The position numbers and the translations under genes were made by a program. Below are positions 50,155 through 60,010 of a DNA stretch of 64,000 nucleotides, one piece after another. The stretch is from contig OZ250139.1 of NCBI GenBank assembly GCA_965237405.1, positions 957,858 through 1,021,857 of the forward strand, given 5' to 3'. Numbering within the stretch: the first letter of the stretch is position 1; every line of letters begins with the position of its first letter. The stretch comes from Vicinamibacterales bacterium (lineage in GTDB: Bacteria > Acidobacteriota > Vicinamibacteria > Vicinamibacterales > UBA8438). The notes under the pieces are model-generated. The model was given only the letters and a program-made list of their open reading frames with translations, did not search any database and was not told where the DNA came from.

Positions 50155-50459
50155 GGCATCTATCCCTGGCCGGTTAAGCTCACGCGTGCAGCCTCATCCT
50201 CGTCATAAGGCCCAAGCACAGTATGCAGTTACCCGATGTATAACAGCTCCTTGAGTCAACCGATCGAGCTGGCGAGCCTTTGCGTGACTCCCCCCGTTGT
50301 TCGCCACGAGCATAAACGTTCGGACGAACTCGCCGGACCGACGCTCGGTAATTTGGCCATCTTTGGGCTGCGACATTGTAACCCAGCGGAGTAAATGGCG
50401 GTACAGACGGCGCTCGCTCTGTCTTAAGTGCCGATTTTCACTCGTGTACATCGAAATGC

Positions 50460-52087
50460 CTAGCAGCCTGTCGGACTTAGGCCCGGGTTTTATAATAGGG
50501 CTTGTCGAGTCGAGGAGGTCGAAGTAGATGCCGAAGTTCGTACAGCGGCACCAGTCGCAGCTGTATTTGCTGCCGCCGGACCTGCGCGATTGGCTGCCGG
50601 AGGACGATCTGGCGCACTTCGTGGTTGAGGCGGTGGAACGGGTGCCGCTGGAGCGGTTCCAGGTAAACGAACGGGGCACCGGATCGGCGCAGTATCACCC
50701 GCGGATGATGCTGGCGTTGCTGGTGTACTGCTACGCGAACGGGATCTTCGGCTCGCGTCGGATCGAGCGGGCGACGTATCGGGACATTGGCGTTCGGTAC
50801 GTGGCGGCGAACTGTCACCCGGACCACGACACGATCTGCACGTTCCGGCGCAGCAACTTCGATGCGGTAGCGGAGGCGTTCCTGCAGGTACTGCTGCTGG
50901 CGAAGGAGCTGCAGCTGCTGCGTGTTGGGACGGTGAGCGTGGACGGGACGAAGGTGGACGCGAACGCGAATAAGCGCAACAGCCTCCGCTACGACCGGGC
51001 GGGGGCGTTGCGCGAGCAGTTGCGAGGCGAGATCGAGGGGTTGTTGGATCAGGCGGAGCACGCCGACACGGACGCCGCGCCGGACCCGCAGGGTCTGCCG
51101 GAGGAGTTGTCGCGGCGGGACAAGCTGCGGGTGAAGCTGGACCGTGCGTGCGCGGAGTTGGAACGGCGTGCGCAGGCGCGTGCGGACTCGGAGCGGGCGG
51201 AGTACGAGCGCAAGGTGGCGGCGCGGGAGCGGCGTACGGGATCGCGCAAGGGTCGGCACATCAAACCGCCGACGGAAGCGCCGGAGGCGGAGGAGCAGAT
51301 CAACCTGACGGACGCGGACAGTGCGCTGATGCGCAAGAGCCGGCGCCATGAGTACCGCCAGGCGTACAACGCGCAGGCGGCGGTGGATGCCGACGGCAGT
51401 CAGTTGGTGTTGGGGGCTAGGGTGAGCGTGTGCGCGAGCGACCGCAACGAGTTGGTGGCGGATGTGGATGCGATCCCGGCGGCGTTGGGCGCGGCGGATC
51501 GGGTACTGGCGGACAGCGGCTACGCGACGGGCAGCGAGGTGTCGCAACTGGCAGGTCGCGGTGTGGAGGTGTTGGTGGCGACGGGGGCGGAAGGCCAACG
51601 GCGCCAGCACGACTTCCGACCGGAGCCGCCGCACCCGCTGGCGAAGGAGCCGCAGGCGGACTGGATCAAGTCGATGCAGCAGAAGATGGCACTGCCGGAG
51701 CACCGGGCGCATTACCGTTTGCGCAAGCAGACGGTGGAGCCGGTGTTCGGGATCGTGAAGCAGGCGATGGGCTTCCGGCAGTTTCTGCTGCGGGGTCTCG
51801 AGAAGGTGGAGGGCGAATGGGCCTTGGTAACGCTGGCGTATAACTGCCGACGCTTGCACAACCTCAGGCTGGCATGACGGGGCTATAAGGAGCGGAACTT
51901 GGCGTGTTCGCGACCCACCAGAGGCGTCAGAAAGGCCTCCAGGCGCCGTCAGCGACCGATGGCCAGGAATACAGTCCCCGTTTCGGTCGAAGCGGCCCTC
52001 CCGGCACAGAGACACAGGGCGTCGTTCACACAGGTGCCAAGTCGCTTCCGCGCGCGTTTGCCACGCCCAAGTCCGACAGGCTGCTAG
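50460..52087 (+). mobile_element. IS1182/IS5-superfamily insertion sequence (about 1.63 kb)
   Basis: Perfect 19-bp terminal inverted repeats: CTAGCAGCCTGTCGGACTT at 50460-50478 and its exact complement at 52069-52087. The outer CTAG could instead be a 4-bp palindromic target duplication. There is one transposase ORF, and the GC is visibly higher than in the flanks. Confidence 0.82.
50528..51877 (+). CDS. IS1182/IS5-type DDE transposase
   Basis: A DUF772-like N-terminus (LLPPDLRDWLPEDDLAHFVVEAV...YHPRMMLALLVYCYANGIFGSRRIE), a central charged coiled coil, and a DDE region (SVDGTKV..., LADSGY..., VEPVFGIVKQAMGFRQFLLRGLEKVEGEWALVTLAYNCRRL). Confidence 0.88.
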   Translation: MPKFVQRHQSQLYLLPPDLRDWLPEDDLAHFVVEAVERVPLERFQVNERGTGSAQYHPRMMLALLVYCYANGIFGSRRIERATYRDIGVRYVAANCHPDHDTICTFRRSNFDAVAEAFLQVLLLAKELQLLRVGTVSVDGTKVDANANKRNSLRYDRAGALREQLRGEIEGLLDQAEHADTDAAPDPQGLPEELSRRDKLRVKLDRACAELERRAQARADSERAEYERKVAARERRTGSRKGRHIKPPTEAPEAEEQINLTDADSALMRKSRRHEYRQAYNAQAAVDADGSQLVLGARVSVCASDRNELVADVDAIPAALGAADRVLADSGYATGSEVSQLAGRGVEVLVATGAEGQRRQHDFRPEPPHPLAKEPQADWIKSMQQKMALPEHRAHYRLRKQTVEPVFGIVKQAMGFRQFLLRGLEKVEGEWALVTLAYNCRRLHNLRLA

Positions 52088-53087
52088 CTTAGTATTAGGT
52101 AGGTTGAGAACCGAGTTGCTATTACCCAGGCTAGGATATCGGCGTCTTCGGAAGCCGCCAGAACGTGTTCCTCCAAAGCTGGATACGACACGGTAGTGGC
52201 ATCGTGACACGCCCATCGCAGCGCCGGTACGACGAGGATCGATAGTTGCCAGGCAGGCGTTGTTGGGTGTTAACCTTTCTCTTCGGGCTTAAGAAACATT
52301 CGATGGAGGGTCGACTCTACGCGAGCGGCTACGTCAGTTCCGAATATATTCACCTCGCAGCATGAAGAGACTGACAGAAGACTTTCACTACGTCGATGTC
52401 GTCAGTATCGGCTACGAGACCGTCGAACCCGGGAACGGAATGGACTACATGGTGGCCCACAAAACCGTGGCCAGGGTTCACGCCATCGACTTCGTGCAAC
52501 TCAATGTGGTGTGAGGAAGCCAATGCGATGACACGTCACAGTTAAAAGGGAGGAAAGTGTCGGCTTCGGTCGAGAAAAAAGACTCTTCTTCGGTGCCAGG
52601 AGCATTACCGTGTTCAACGATAGTGGCATCCTGCGAGCCGTCGACGATACGTGCACCCACGTGGGAGGTCACTCTCAGAAGGTCCGTGCGAGGATGTAAT
52701 CGTGACCTACTCCCTGGCATGGTGAGCAGTTCCGGCTTTCGAGTGGCGAGGGCTTGGGACCACCAGCGTATCGGCGTCTTCGGGTATACCCGGTTTCTAT
52801 TCAAGAGGACCTAATCATCATCGAAGTTGCTGTCGAGGATGATATCTAGTCGGCCATGCCAGCCCACTCGGTCACGCGCTCGAAGGTGTTGCGATCGGTT
52901 GTGTCGCGGCGAAGCGCAGGACGCGTTTCGAATGTACCTCCTGCCAGCCAACGATCTGATAGATCGAGGGACGGTGGGAATGCCGTCGCGTAAGGAGAGC
53001 TCTGATGAGCCTTGACCCTCTCGTAATCCACATAGTACGGTGATCCGCTTGCCGGTCACGTTTCCCTATCGGTAGCTCCCTTGGATC

Positions 53088-54227
53088 ATGACCCAAACGC
53101 ATACAGTGGATGTCGGTCTGAGACAAACAGCACTCACCGCGCGCCACCGCGCACTGGGTGCACGCATGATGGCGTTCGGGGGATGGGATATGCCCGTGGA
53201 GTACTCGGGCATATCGGCGGAGCACAACGCCGTCCGCAATAGGGCAGGACTATTTGACGTCAGCCACATGGGCGAAATTGAGATCGCCGGCCCTGACGCC
53301 CTTTCGGCCCTGCAACGAATTTTATGCAACGATGCAGAAAGCCTTGGGATCGGCCATGTGCAGTACTCTGCGGTGACGACTCACGAAGGCACCTTTGTTG
53401 ATGATGTCCTCGTTTATCGACTCGGCCCTACGCACTATCTCTTGGTGGTTAACGCATCGAATATCGCGAAGGACTATGCCTGGATTAAACAGGAGATCGC
53501 GCTGGTGGGCGACGTGGCGGCCGTCAACACCAGTAACCGGTATTCGCTATTAGCACTGCAGGGTCCACAGGCCATCGAGGTTCTCCAACCTCTCACTGGG
53601 GTTGAACTGAAGACCCTCGGGTACTACCGGTTCGCAACGGGTGAGGTCGGGAATGTTCGGGCGACCATCTCCAGAACCGGATATACGGGCGAAGACGGGT
53701 TCGAAGTGTTCGTGCCACCACAATCGGCCGGCGACATCTGGGACACGCTCCTCGCGGAAGGCGAAGGAACGGGCCTTAAGCCGGTGGGACTGGGTGCGCG
53801 GGACACACTTCGGCTTGAGGCAGGGATGCGACTGTATGGCAGCGATATGGACGATACAACAACGGTCCTGGAGGCTGGGCTCGAGGGAATCGTTTCGTGG
53901 GACAAGCCGGCGTTCAATGGAAAATCAGCGCTGGTTAGCCAGCGGAAGGCTGGGCCAAAACGTCGACTCGTTGGATTTGAGGTTACAGGACGTGGAATAG
54001 CGCGGCGCGGTTACCACGTGTACGCGGGCGACAACCAGATCGGTGAGGTAACAAGTGGGACAATAACGCCCTTCCTTCGGAAGGCGATCGGCATGGCCTA
54101 CGTACCCATCGATTTGGGAGATCCAGGCACCGAGATCAGAATCGACGTACGAAGTCGCCTGGTTCCGGCACGGGTGATCAAGATGCCCTTTTATAGTCGG
54201 GCGAAGCCCGGCGGGGCGGTGGAGTAG
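53088..54227 (+). CDS. gcvT: Glycine cleavage system aminomethyltransferase (T protein)
   Basis: AGLFDVSHMGEIEIAG, ALQGPQA and SRTGYTGEDGFEV motifs. Confidence 0.93.
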   Translation: MTQTHTVDVGLRQTALTARHRALGARMMAFGGWDMPVEYSGISAEHNAVRNRAGLFDVSHMGEIEIAGPDALSALQRILCNDAESLGIGHVQYSAVTTHEGTFVDDVLVYRLGPTHYLLVVNASNIAKDYAWIKQEIALVGDVAAVNTSNRYSLLALQGPQAIEVLQPLTGVELKTLGYYRFATGEVGNVRATISRTGYTGEDGFEVFVPPQSAGDIWDTLLAEGEGTGLKPVGLGARDTLRLEAGMRLYGSDMDDTTTVLEAGLEGIVSWDKPAFNGKSALVSQRKAGPKRRLVGFEVTGRGIARRGYHVYAGDNQIGEVTSGTITPFLRKAIGMAYVPIDLGDPGTEIRIDVRSRLVPARVIKMPFYSRAKPGGAVE

Positions 54228-54230
54228 CGG

Positions 54231-54605
54231 TTGATGTATCCAGGTGACATGAAGTACACGAGGGACCATGAGTGGATCCGAATTACCGGAGATACTGCTG
54301 AGGTCGGAATCACGGACTACGCTCAGCGTCAACTCGGAGATGTGGTCTTCGTCGAGTTACCCGATGTGGGCCAGACGTTCCGGCAAGGGGATCAATTTGG
54401 CTCAATCGAGTCTGTCAAGGCCGTGTCGGACCTCTACTGTCCCGTGTCCGGAGAGATCATGGCCGTAAACACGAAACTGGCCGATACGCCGGAGTCCGTC
54501 AATTCCCGTCCGCACGAAAGTTGGATGATTCGGATTCGGCTGGCGAATCCGGATGACCTGTCGGCGCTTCACGATGCCGATGCGTACGCGGCGTTCATTA
54601 CCTGA
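54231..54605 (+). CDS. gcvH: Glycine cleavage system H protein
   Basis: KYTRDHEWI..., GITDYAQ, and the lipoyl-lysine motif ESVKAVSDLY. Confidence 0.92.
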   Translation: MMYPGDMKYTRDHEWIRITGDTAEVGITDYAQRQLGDVVFVELPDVGQTFRQGDQFGSIESVKAVSDLYCPVSGEIMAVNTKLADTPESVNSRPHESWMIRIRLANPDDLSALHDADAYAAFIT

Positions 54606-54609
54606 GGTT

Positions 54610-57504
54610 ATGGCTCTCGCCGGCGACGTCTTTAAGAGCCGACACATCGGCCCCCGAGCTGAGGATGTGACGGACATGCTCGGAGCGGTCGGTGTCCCGT
54701 CGCTCGCAGCGCTTATCGACGAGGTTATTCCGTCTGAGATTCGCTTGCGGCATGAGCTTAGCCTTCCTCCAGCGAAAACCGAGGCTCAATTTCTGGCCGA
54801 GATTCGCGAGATCGCGTCTAAAAACGCTAAGTATCAATCCTTCATCGGTCTTGGCTACTACAACACCATCACGCCTAGCGTCATTCTTCGCAACATCCTG
54901 GAGAACCCTGGATGGTACTCCCCATACACACCCTATCAAGCGGAAGTCGCACAGGGACGCCTCGAGGCACTTCTTGTTTTTCAGACAATGGTGGAAGACC
55001 TGACCGGCATGGAGATTGCCAACGCGTCGCTCCTCGACGAGGCGACAGCCGCTGCCGAGGCGATGGCGATGATGCATCGGATTCGCAACAGGCACGCTGG
55101 CAGTGCCAATCGTTTTCTCATCAGTGCTACCTGTTGGCCTCAGACAATCGAGGTCGTCCGAGGACGAGCAGAACCGCTCAACCTGGAGGTGCTCGTGGCG
55201 CCAGAAGACGAACTCACGTTCGATGATCGCACTTTTGGCTTATTGCTGCAGTACCCCGATGCGTCTGGAACCATCCGGGCGCTCGACGATCTGATTCACC
55301 GAGCTCATAAGGTCGGGGCGATGGTATCGGTCGCCACCGACCTCCTTGCACTTACGCTCCTTAAGCCGCCGGGAGAGTTGAATGCCGACGTAGTAATCGG
55401 AAATTCTCAGCGGTTCGGCGTGCCCATGGGTTATGGGGGACCCCACGCGGCGTTCTTCGCGACGCGTAGTGAGTTCGTTCGCCAGATGCCAGGACGTCTA
55501 ATTGGCGTCTCGCGAGACGCGCATGGCTCCATTGCCTATCGCATGACACTTCAGACACGCGAGCAACACATTCGCCGTGAGCGAGCAACCTCCAACATCT
55601 GCACCGCCCAAGCGCTCCTTGCTAATATCGCTGGCATGTTCGCTGTCTACCACGGTCCGGACGGTCTTCGCGAGATGGCGATGCGAGTGAATAAGCTCGC
55701 CGTCGGGCTGTCGCAGCGGTTGGAGCGGCTCGGGATCCGTCAGCTCAACCGATTCTTCTTCGATACGTTGCGCCTTGACGTGGGCTCGCCGGAGTTGAGC
55801 CAGGCGATCCTACGGGCGGCCGATGAGGCTCGAATGAATTTTCGGTATGCAACCGAAACGGAGATCGGAATTTCGCTGGACGAAACCTCAACGCCCACCG
55901 ACGTAGACGCGATCGTTCGTATTTTCACCGAAACTGTTGACCAGCGGGATCACCGGACGCACGTCGAGACGGAGGCTGTCTTACCGGAAGAACTGCGCCG
56001 AACAAGTGACTTCCTGAGTCACCCGGTCTTCAGCGAGCATCGATCAGAGATCCAGATGATGCGGTATCTGAAACAACTTGAGCGCAAGGATCTGGGTCTA
56101 GACACCGCCATGATTCCACTTGGCTCGTGCACGATGAAGCTCAACGCCGCTACCGAGATGTTACCCGTCACGTGGCCAGAATTTGGATCGGTTCATCCCT
56201 TTGTCCCGCTTGAACAAACCAAAGGTTTTCAAGCCATCTTCGGCGCTCTGGAAAGAGCACTAAGAGCGATTACCGGGCTGGCGGCAATCTCTCTTCAGCC
56301 CAATTCGGGTGCGCAGGGAGAGTTCGCGGGATTACTGGTCATTCGAGCGTATCACCGCTTGCGCGGCGATGAACGTCGAGACATCGTGCTAATTCCAGCG
56401 TCGGCCCACGGAACGAACCCTGCCAGCGGCATCATGGCTGGCATGCGAGTCGTTATCGTGGCCTGCGATGCCGACGGTAACGTTGATGTAAGGGATTTGG
56501 CCAACAAGGTGACAGAACACAGCGACCGGCTTGGCGCGCTAATGATTACTTACCCGTCCACGCACGGCGTATTCGAAGAAGCTATCGTCGAGATCTGTGA
56601 GATTGTCCATCGACATGGTGGACAGGTGTATATGGATGGCGCAAACATGAACGCTCAGGTCGGATTGACGAGCGCAGCAGCGATTGGAGCCGACGTCTGT
56701 CATATCAACCTACACAAGACATTTGCTATTCCCCACGGCGGGGGGGGGCCTGGGATGGGACCAATCGCCGTCGCGGCGCACCTCGCCCCGTATCTCCCCG
56801 GTCATCCCTTAGTCCCCACCGGGGGCGAGGCAGCGATCCGGTCTGTGTCCGCGGCACCATTTGGTAGTGCAAGCATCCTGCTGATTTCACATGGGTACAT
56901 CACGATGCTTGGGGGAGAAGGGCTGACAGAGGCGACGCGCATCGCCATTCTCGCTGCAAACTACGTCAAGTTTCGACTCCAGCAACATTTCGACGTGCTG
57001 TACACGCGACCTAATGGACGGGTTGCTCACGAGCTCATCTTCGATCTCCGGCCCTTTAAGGGAACGGCTAACGTGACGGAGCAGGATGTCGCAAAGCGGC
57101 TGATGGACTACGGATTTCATGCTCCAACCGTCTCCTTCCCCGTTCCCGGCACGTTGATGGTCGAGCCAACCGAAAGCGAACCCCTTGCCGAACTCGATCG
57201 CTTCTGCGATGCGATGATCAGCATACGACAGGAGATTCAGTCAATTGCGGACGGGGTCGCCGATCGAAACGATAACGTGCTAAAAAACGCACCTCATACG
57301 GCCGAGACAGTCGCCGCAACACACTGGCAGCACCCCTACTCGCGTGAAGCCGCGGCGTATCCCCTCCAGTTCGTGCGCACAAACAAGTACTGGCCTCCTG
57401 TTGGCCGTATCGACGACGCCCACGGCGACCGCAATCTTTTCTGCGCCTGCCCGCCAGCGGCGGCGTATGAGGATCCCGTTACAACCGACTCAACTCGTCG
57501 ATAA
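54610..57504 (+). CDS. gcvP: Glycine dehydrogenase (decarboxylating), single-chain P protein
   Basis: FKSRHIGP N-terminus, YTPYQAEVAQGRLEAL, and the PLP-lysine context NLHKTFAIPHGGGGPG. The ATG at 54610 is preferred over 54553. Confidence 0.95.
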   Translation: MALAGDVFKSRHIGPRAEDVTDMLGAVGVPSLAALIDEVIPSEIRLRHELSLPPAKTEAQFLAEIREIASKNAKYQSFIGLGYYNTITPSVILRNILENPGWYSPYTPYQAEVAQGRLEALLVFQTMVEDLTGMEIANASLLDEATAAAEAMAMMHRIRNRHAGSANRFLISATCWPQTIEVVRGRAEPLNLEVLVAPEDELTFDDRTFGLLLQYPDASGTIRALDDLIHRAHKVGAMVSVATDLLALTLLKPPGELNADVVIGNSQRFGVPMGYGGPHAAFFATRSEFVRQMPGRLIGVSRDAHGSIAYRMTLQTREQHIRRERATSNICTAQALLANIAGMFAVYHGPDGLREMAMRVNKLAVGLSQRLERLGIRQLNRFFFDTLRLDVGSPELSQAILRAADEARMNFRYATETEIGISLDETSTPTDVDAIVRIFTETVDQRDHRTHVETEAVLPEELRRTSDFLSHPVFSEHRSEIQMMRYLKQLERKDLGLDTAMIPLGSCTMKLNAATEMLPVTWPEFGSVHPFVPLEQTKGFQAIFGALERALRAITGLAAISLQPNSGAQGEFAGLLVIRAYHRLRGDERRDIVLIPASAHGTNPASGIMAGMRVVIVACDADGNVDVRDLANKVTEHSDRLGALMITYPSTHGVFEEAIVEICEIVHRHGGQVYMDGANMNAQVGLTSAAAIGADVCHINLHKTFAIPHGGGGPGMGPIAVAAHLAPYLPGHPLVPTGGEAAIRSVSAAPFGSASILLISHGYITMLGGEGLTEATRIAILAANYVKFRLQQHFDVLYTRPNGRVAHELIFDLRPFKGTANVTEQDVAKRLMDYGFHAPTVSFPVPGTLMVEPTESEPLAELDRFCDAMISIRQEIQSIADGVADRNDNVLKNAPHTAETVAATHWQHPYSREAAAYPLQFVRTNKYWPPVGRIDDAHGDRNLFCACPPAAAYEDPVTTDSTRR

Positions 57505-58366
57505 ACCGATGAAACTCGGCCGCCAATTGGCGGGTGATCGGTCCTGGGGTTCCAGAACCAACCGCACGCTCCCCGATCTTGCTCACGGGTAACACCTCTC
57601 GCGTCGTGCTTGTGATGAAGATCTCGTCGGCCTCCTTAAGGTCAGTAATATCAAGAACACTCTCCTGCACGGTAACGTCAGCTCGACACGCAACTTCGAA
57701 GATGAAATTCCGCGTCACGCCATCGAGGAGGCCGGAGGCCAACGGGGGAGTACGCACACTCCCTCCCCGCACAAGAAAAATGTTCGATTGGGCACACTCG
57801 GCGATCTCCCCTCGATAGTTGAGCATTATCGCTTCCTCGGCGCCAGCCCGAATGGCCTCCTGCATGGCTAGAGCGTTGTTCAGTAAATTGTTGGACTTGA
57901 TCAGAGGATTGATGGCGTCCGGGTGATTACGAATGATCGAGGACACGACAACCGCAATCCCGGCGTTCAGTACTTCGGGGGAATTCTCCTTATGCGATCT
58001 CACGATGATAACTACTGTCGGTTCCGGACACACCGCAGGATCGTAGTTAAGCTCGCCCGTGCCCCGGGTTACCAAGAGTCGAATGTACTGCTCGCCCTGG
58101 CCCGAAGCGTGCCGCATCGTCGCCTCAATGGCACGGGCGAGGTCGCGATCGCTTTCCGAAATGGTAAGGCGGATTCCGGCTGCAGATGCGCGCAGCCTTT
58201 TTAGGTGTCGATCGAGTAGGAACGGAATGTGGTGGTACGTACGTATCGTCTCGTATACACCCTCTCCATATAGAAACCCGTGATCAAAGACAGGCACCAT
58301 GGCTGAAGCACCGTCAGTAATCACACCATTCACATAGACACTCGTGTTCGCGTTGGGCTCTTGCAC
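57479..58366 (-). CDS. Class IV aminotransferase (branched-chain/D-amino-acid aminotransferase or ADC-lyase family)
   Basis: VFDHGFLYGEGVYETIR, IKSNNLLNNALA, and ECAQSNIF...G.LDGVTR motifs. The start is uncertain: the GTG at 58366 was chosen because the longer ORF overlaps the divergent nnr gene. Confidence 0.75.
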   Translation of the reverse strand: MQEPNANTSVYVNGVITDGASAMVPVFDHGFLYGEGVYETIRTYHHIPFLLDRHLKRLRASAAGIRLTISESDRDLARAIEATMRHASGQGEQYIRLLVTRGTGELNYDPAVCPEPTVVIIVRSHKENSPEVLNAGIAVVVSSIIRNHPDAINPLIKSNNLLNNALAMQEAIRAGAEEAIMLNYRGEIAECAQSNIFLVRGGSVRTPPLASGLLDGVTRNFIFEVACRADVTVQESVLDITDLKEADEIFITSTTREVLPVSKIGERAVGSGTPGPITRQLAAEFHRFIDELSRL

Positions 58367-58423
58367 GGAACCATTATCGCCTCCTCGGGCATATAATCCG
58401 AGCGGCTTTGGGGTCCACTGACG

Positions 58424-60010
58424 ATGAGAGTGCTGAACGCAAGACAGATGCGTGACGCTGACCGGCAAACAGTCGAGGACCTTGGGGTCCCCTCGATTGT
58501 GCTGATGGAGAACGCCGGCCGCCAGGTCGTAGCGGCGATGCACGCCACATACAACGATGTCATCGACCGTCGTATCTCGATTCTCTGTGGCCGCGGCAAT
58601 AACGGTGGCGACGGTCTGGTGGTGGCGCGCATCCTCTGGCACCAAGGTGTCCAGGTGAAGGTGTTTCTACTCGCGCAGGAAGACACCCTGAGCCCAGACG
58701 CCCAGATTAATTATCGAATTGCCCGTCGGCTTAGTCTTCCAGTCGTCGAGGTTCACGATAGCAGCGCCTGGGAGGATGCCTCTGTTGATGCGCTCGACTG
58801 CGAGCTGCTCGTGGACGCCATTCTTGGCACTGGAATCGGGCGTGCTCTCGAGGGGTTTCTCAAGGTCGTCGTTGCGGACGTTAACGCCTCCGACGTACCC
58901 GTAGTATCAGTCGACATGCCAACGGGACTTTTAACTGACGACTCCGGAGTTGCAGGAGACGCAATCACAGCCGACGTCACGGTCACGCTGGCGACGCCGA
59001 AGCCCTCCCTACTTCTCCCACCCGCCGATGCGTGGGCTGGTGATCTCGTCATTGCCGACATCGGGATACCCAAATCGGTCATCGAACGCATCCCCGGACC
59101 CCGGCTGTCCCTTCTGACTGCAGACGACATTCGCGAGATTATGCCGGTCCGACCTCAGAGTGCGAACAAAGGTCAGTTCGGACACATCCTAATCGTGGCG
59201 GGAAGTTTGGGAAAATCCGGCGCCGCGGCCTTAGCTGGCCGCGCCGCCTTACGGTCTGGTGCAGGACTCGTGACCGTTGCAACACCGGAATCAGTCGTCG
59301 ACATCGTGACGGCCGCGACACCAGAATGCATGACCCTCCCGCTTCCAGTGACTAGTGATGGAACGCTCTCGGCAGCGGCACTTCAGTGCCTGATCGATTT
59401 CGAGTGTGACGTCATCGCCGCCGGCCCTGGACTGGGTAACGCCCCCGGCGTGGTCTCTGTCGTCCGCGGATTGCTCAATCGACCGTCTACGCCAATCGTT
59501 CTCGATGCCGATGCACTGAACGTGCTAGCTACCGAGCCCGACGTGCTGGACGGTAACAAACGTAAGATCATTATCACCCCGCATCCGGGGGAAATGTCCC
59601 GCCTCATAGCAAGCTCGGTGGGCGACGTGCAGAACAACAGACTCGGCGTCGCACAGCGTTTCGCGATCGACCACCGACTGCACGTCGTCCTCAAGGGAGC
59701 GAGAACCATTATCACGGACCCCGAGGGCAACGCTTGGCTGAACCTGACAGGCAATCCCGGCATGGCAACGGCCGGCGTCGGTGACGTGCTTACTGGCGTT
59801 ATTGCCGCCTGGCTGGCCCAAACCGGGCGGCCCGATGTCGCGTGCCAGTTAGGAGTCTACCTCCACGGCTTGGCTGGCGATCTGGCTAGCCATGAACATG
59901 GAGAAGTGGCGCTGATCGCGTCGGACCTCATCGACGCCATGGGTAAATCCGTCGCTGCGACCACCGAAGCGGATGAGGTGTCCTACAACGGCAACGCCGA
60001 TTTAGCATGA
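58424..60010 (+). CDS. nnr: Bifunctional NAD(P)H-hydrate repair enzyme (epimerase + ADP-dependent dehydratase)
   Basis: A YjeF_N region (LMENAGRQV, CGRGNNGGDGLVVAR) and a carbohydrate-kinase-like C-terminus (GHILIVAGSLGKSGAA, GNPGMATAGVGDVLTG). Confidence 0.88.
   Translation: MRVLNARQMRDADRQTVEDLGVPSIVLMENAGRQVVAAMHATYNDVIDRRISILCGRGNNGGDGLVVARILWHQGVQVKVFLLAQEDTLSPDAQINYRIARRLSLPVVEVHDSSAWEDASVDALDCELLVDAILGTGIGRALEGFLKVVVADVNASDVPVVSVDMPTGLLTDDSGVAGDAITADVTVTLATPKPSLLLPPADAWAGDLVIADIGIPKSVIERIPGPRLSLLTADDIREIMPVRPQSANKGQFGHILIVAGSLGKSGAAALAGRAALRSGAGLVTVATPESVVDIVTAATPECMTLPLPVTSDGTLSAAALQCLIDFECDVIAAGPGLGNAPGVVSVVRGLLNRPSTPIVLDADALNVLATEPDVLDGNKRKIIITPHPGEMSRLIASSVGDVQNNRLGVAQRFAIDHRLHVVLKGARTIITDPEGNAWLNLTGNPGMATAGVGDVLTGVIAAWLAQTGRPDVACQLGVYLHGLAGDLASHEHGEVALIASDLIDAMGKSVAATTEADEVSYNGNADLA

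Noticed and set aside
50477-52216. 579-aa minus-strand ORF, the longest in this area
   Set aside because: It is antisense to the IS transposase, extremely Arg/Leu/Pro/His-rich and repetitive (RRLR, RLRR runs), and spans the IS boundary. This is a typical shadow ORF in GC-rich DNA.
52548-52560. GGGAGGAAAGTGT, reminiscent of the RNase P RNA GAGGAAAGTCCGGGC box
   Set aside because: It diverges exactly in the invariant GTCCGG part, and none of the other conserved RNase P helices or motifs are nearby.
52950-53087. Looked for a glycine riboswitch upstream of gcvT (a GGAGAG occurs at 52994-52999)
   Set aside because: The other conserved aptamer elements (the CACCGAAGGGGCAA-like and CTCAGGCAAAAGGAC-like segments) are absent, so GGAGAG alone is insufficient.
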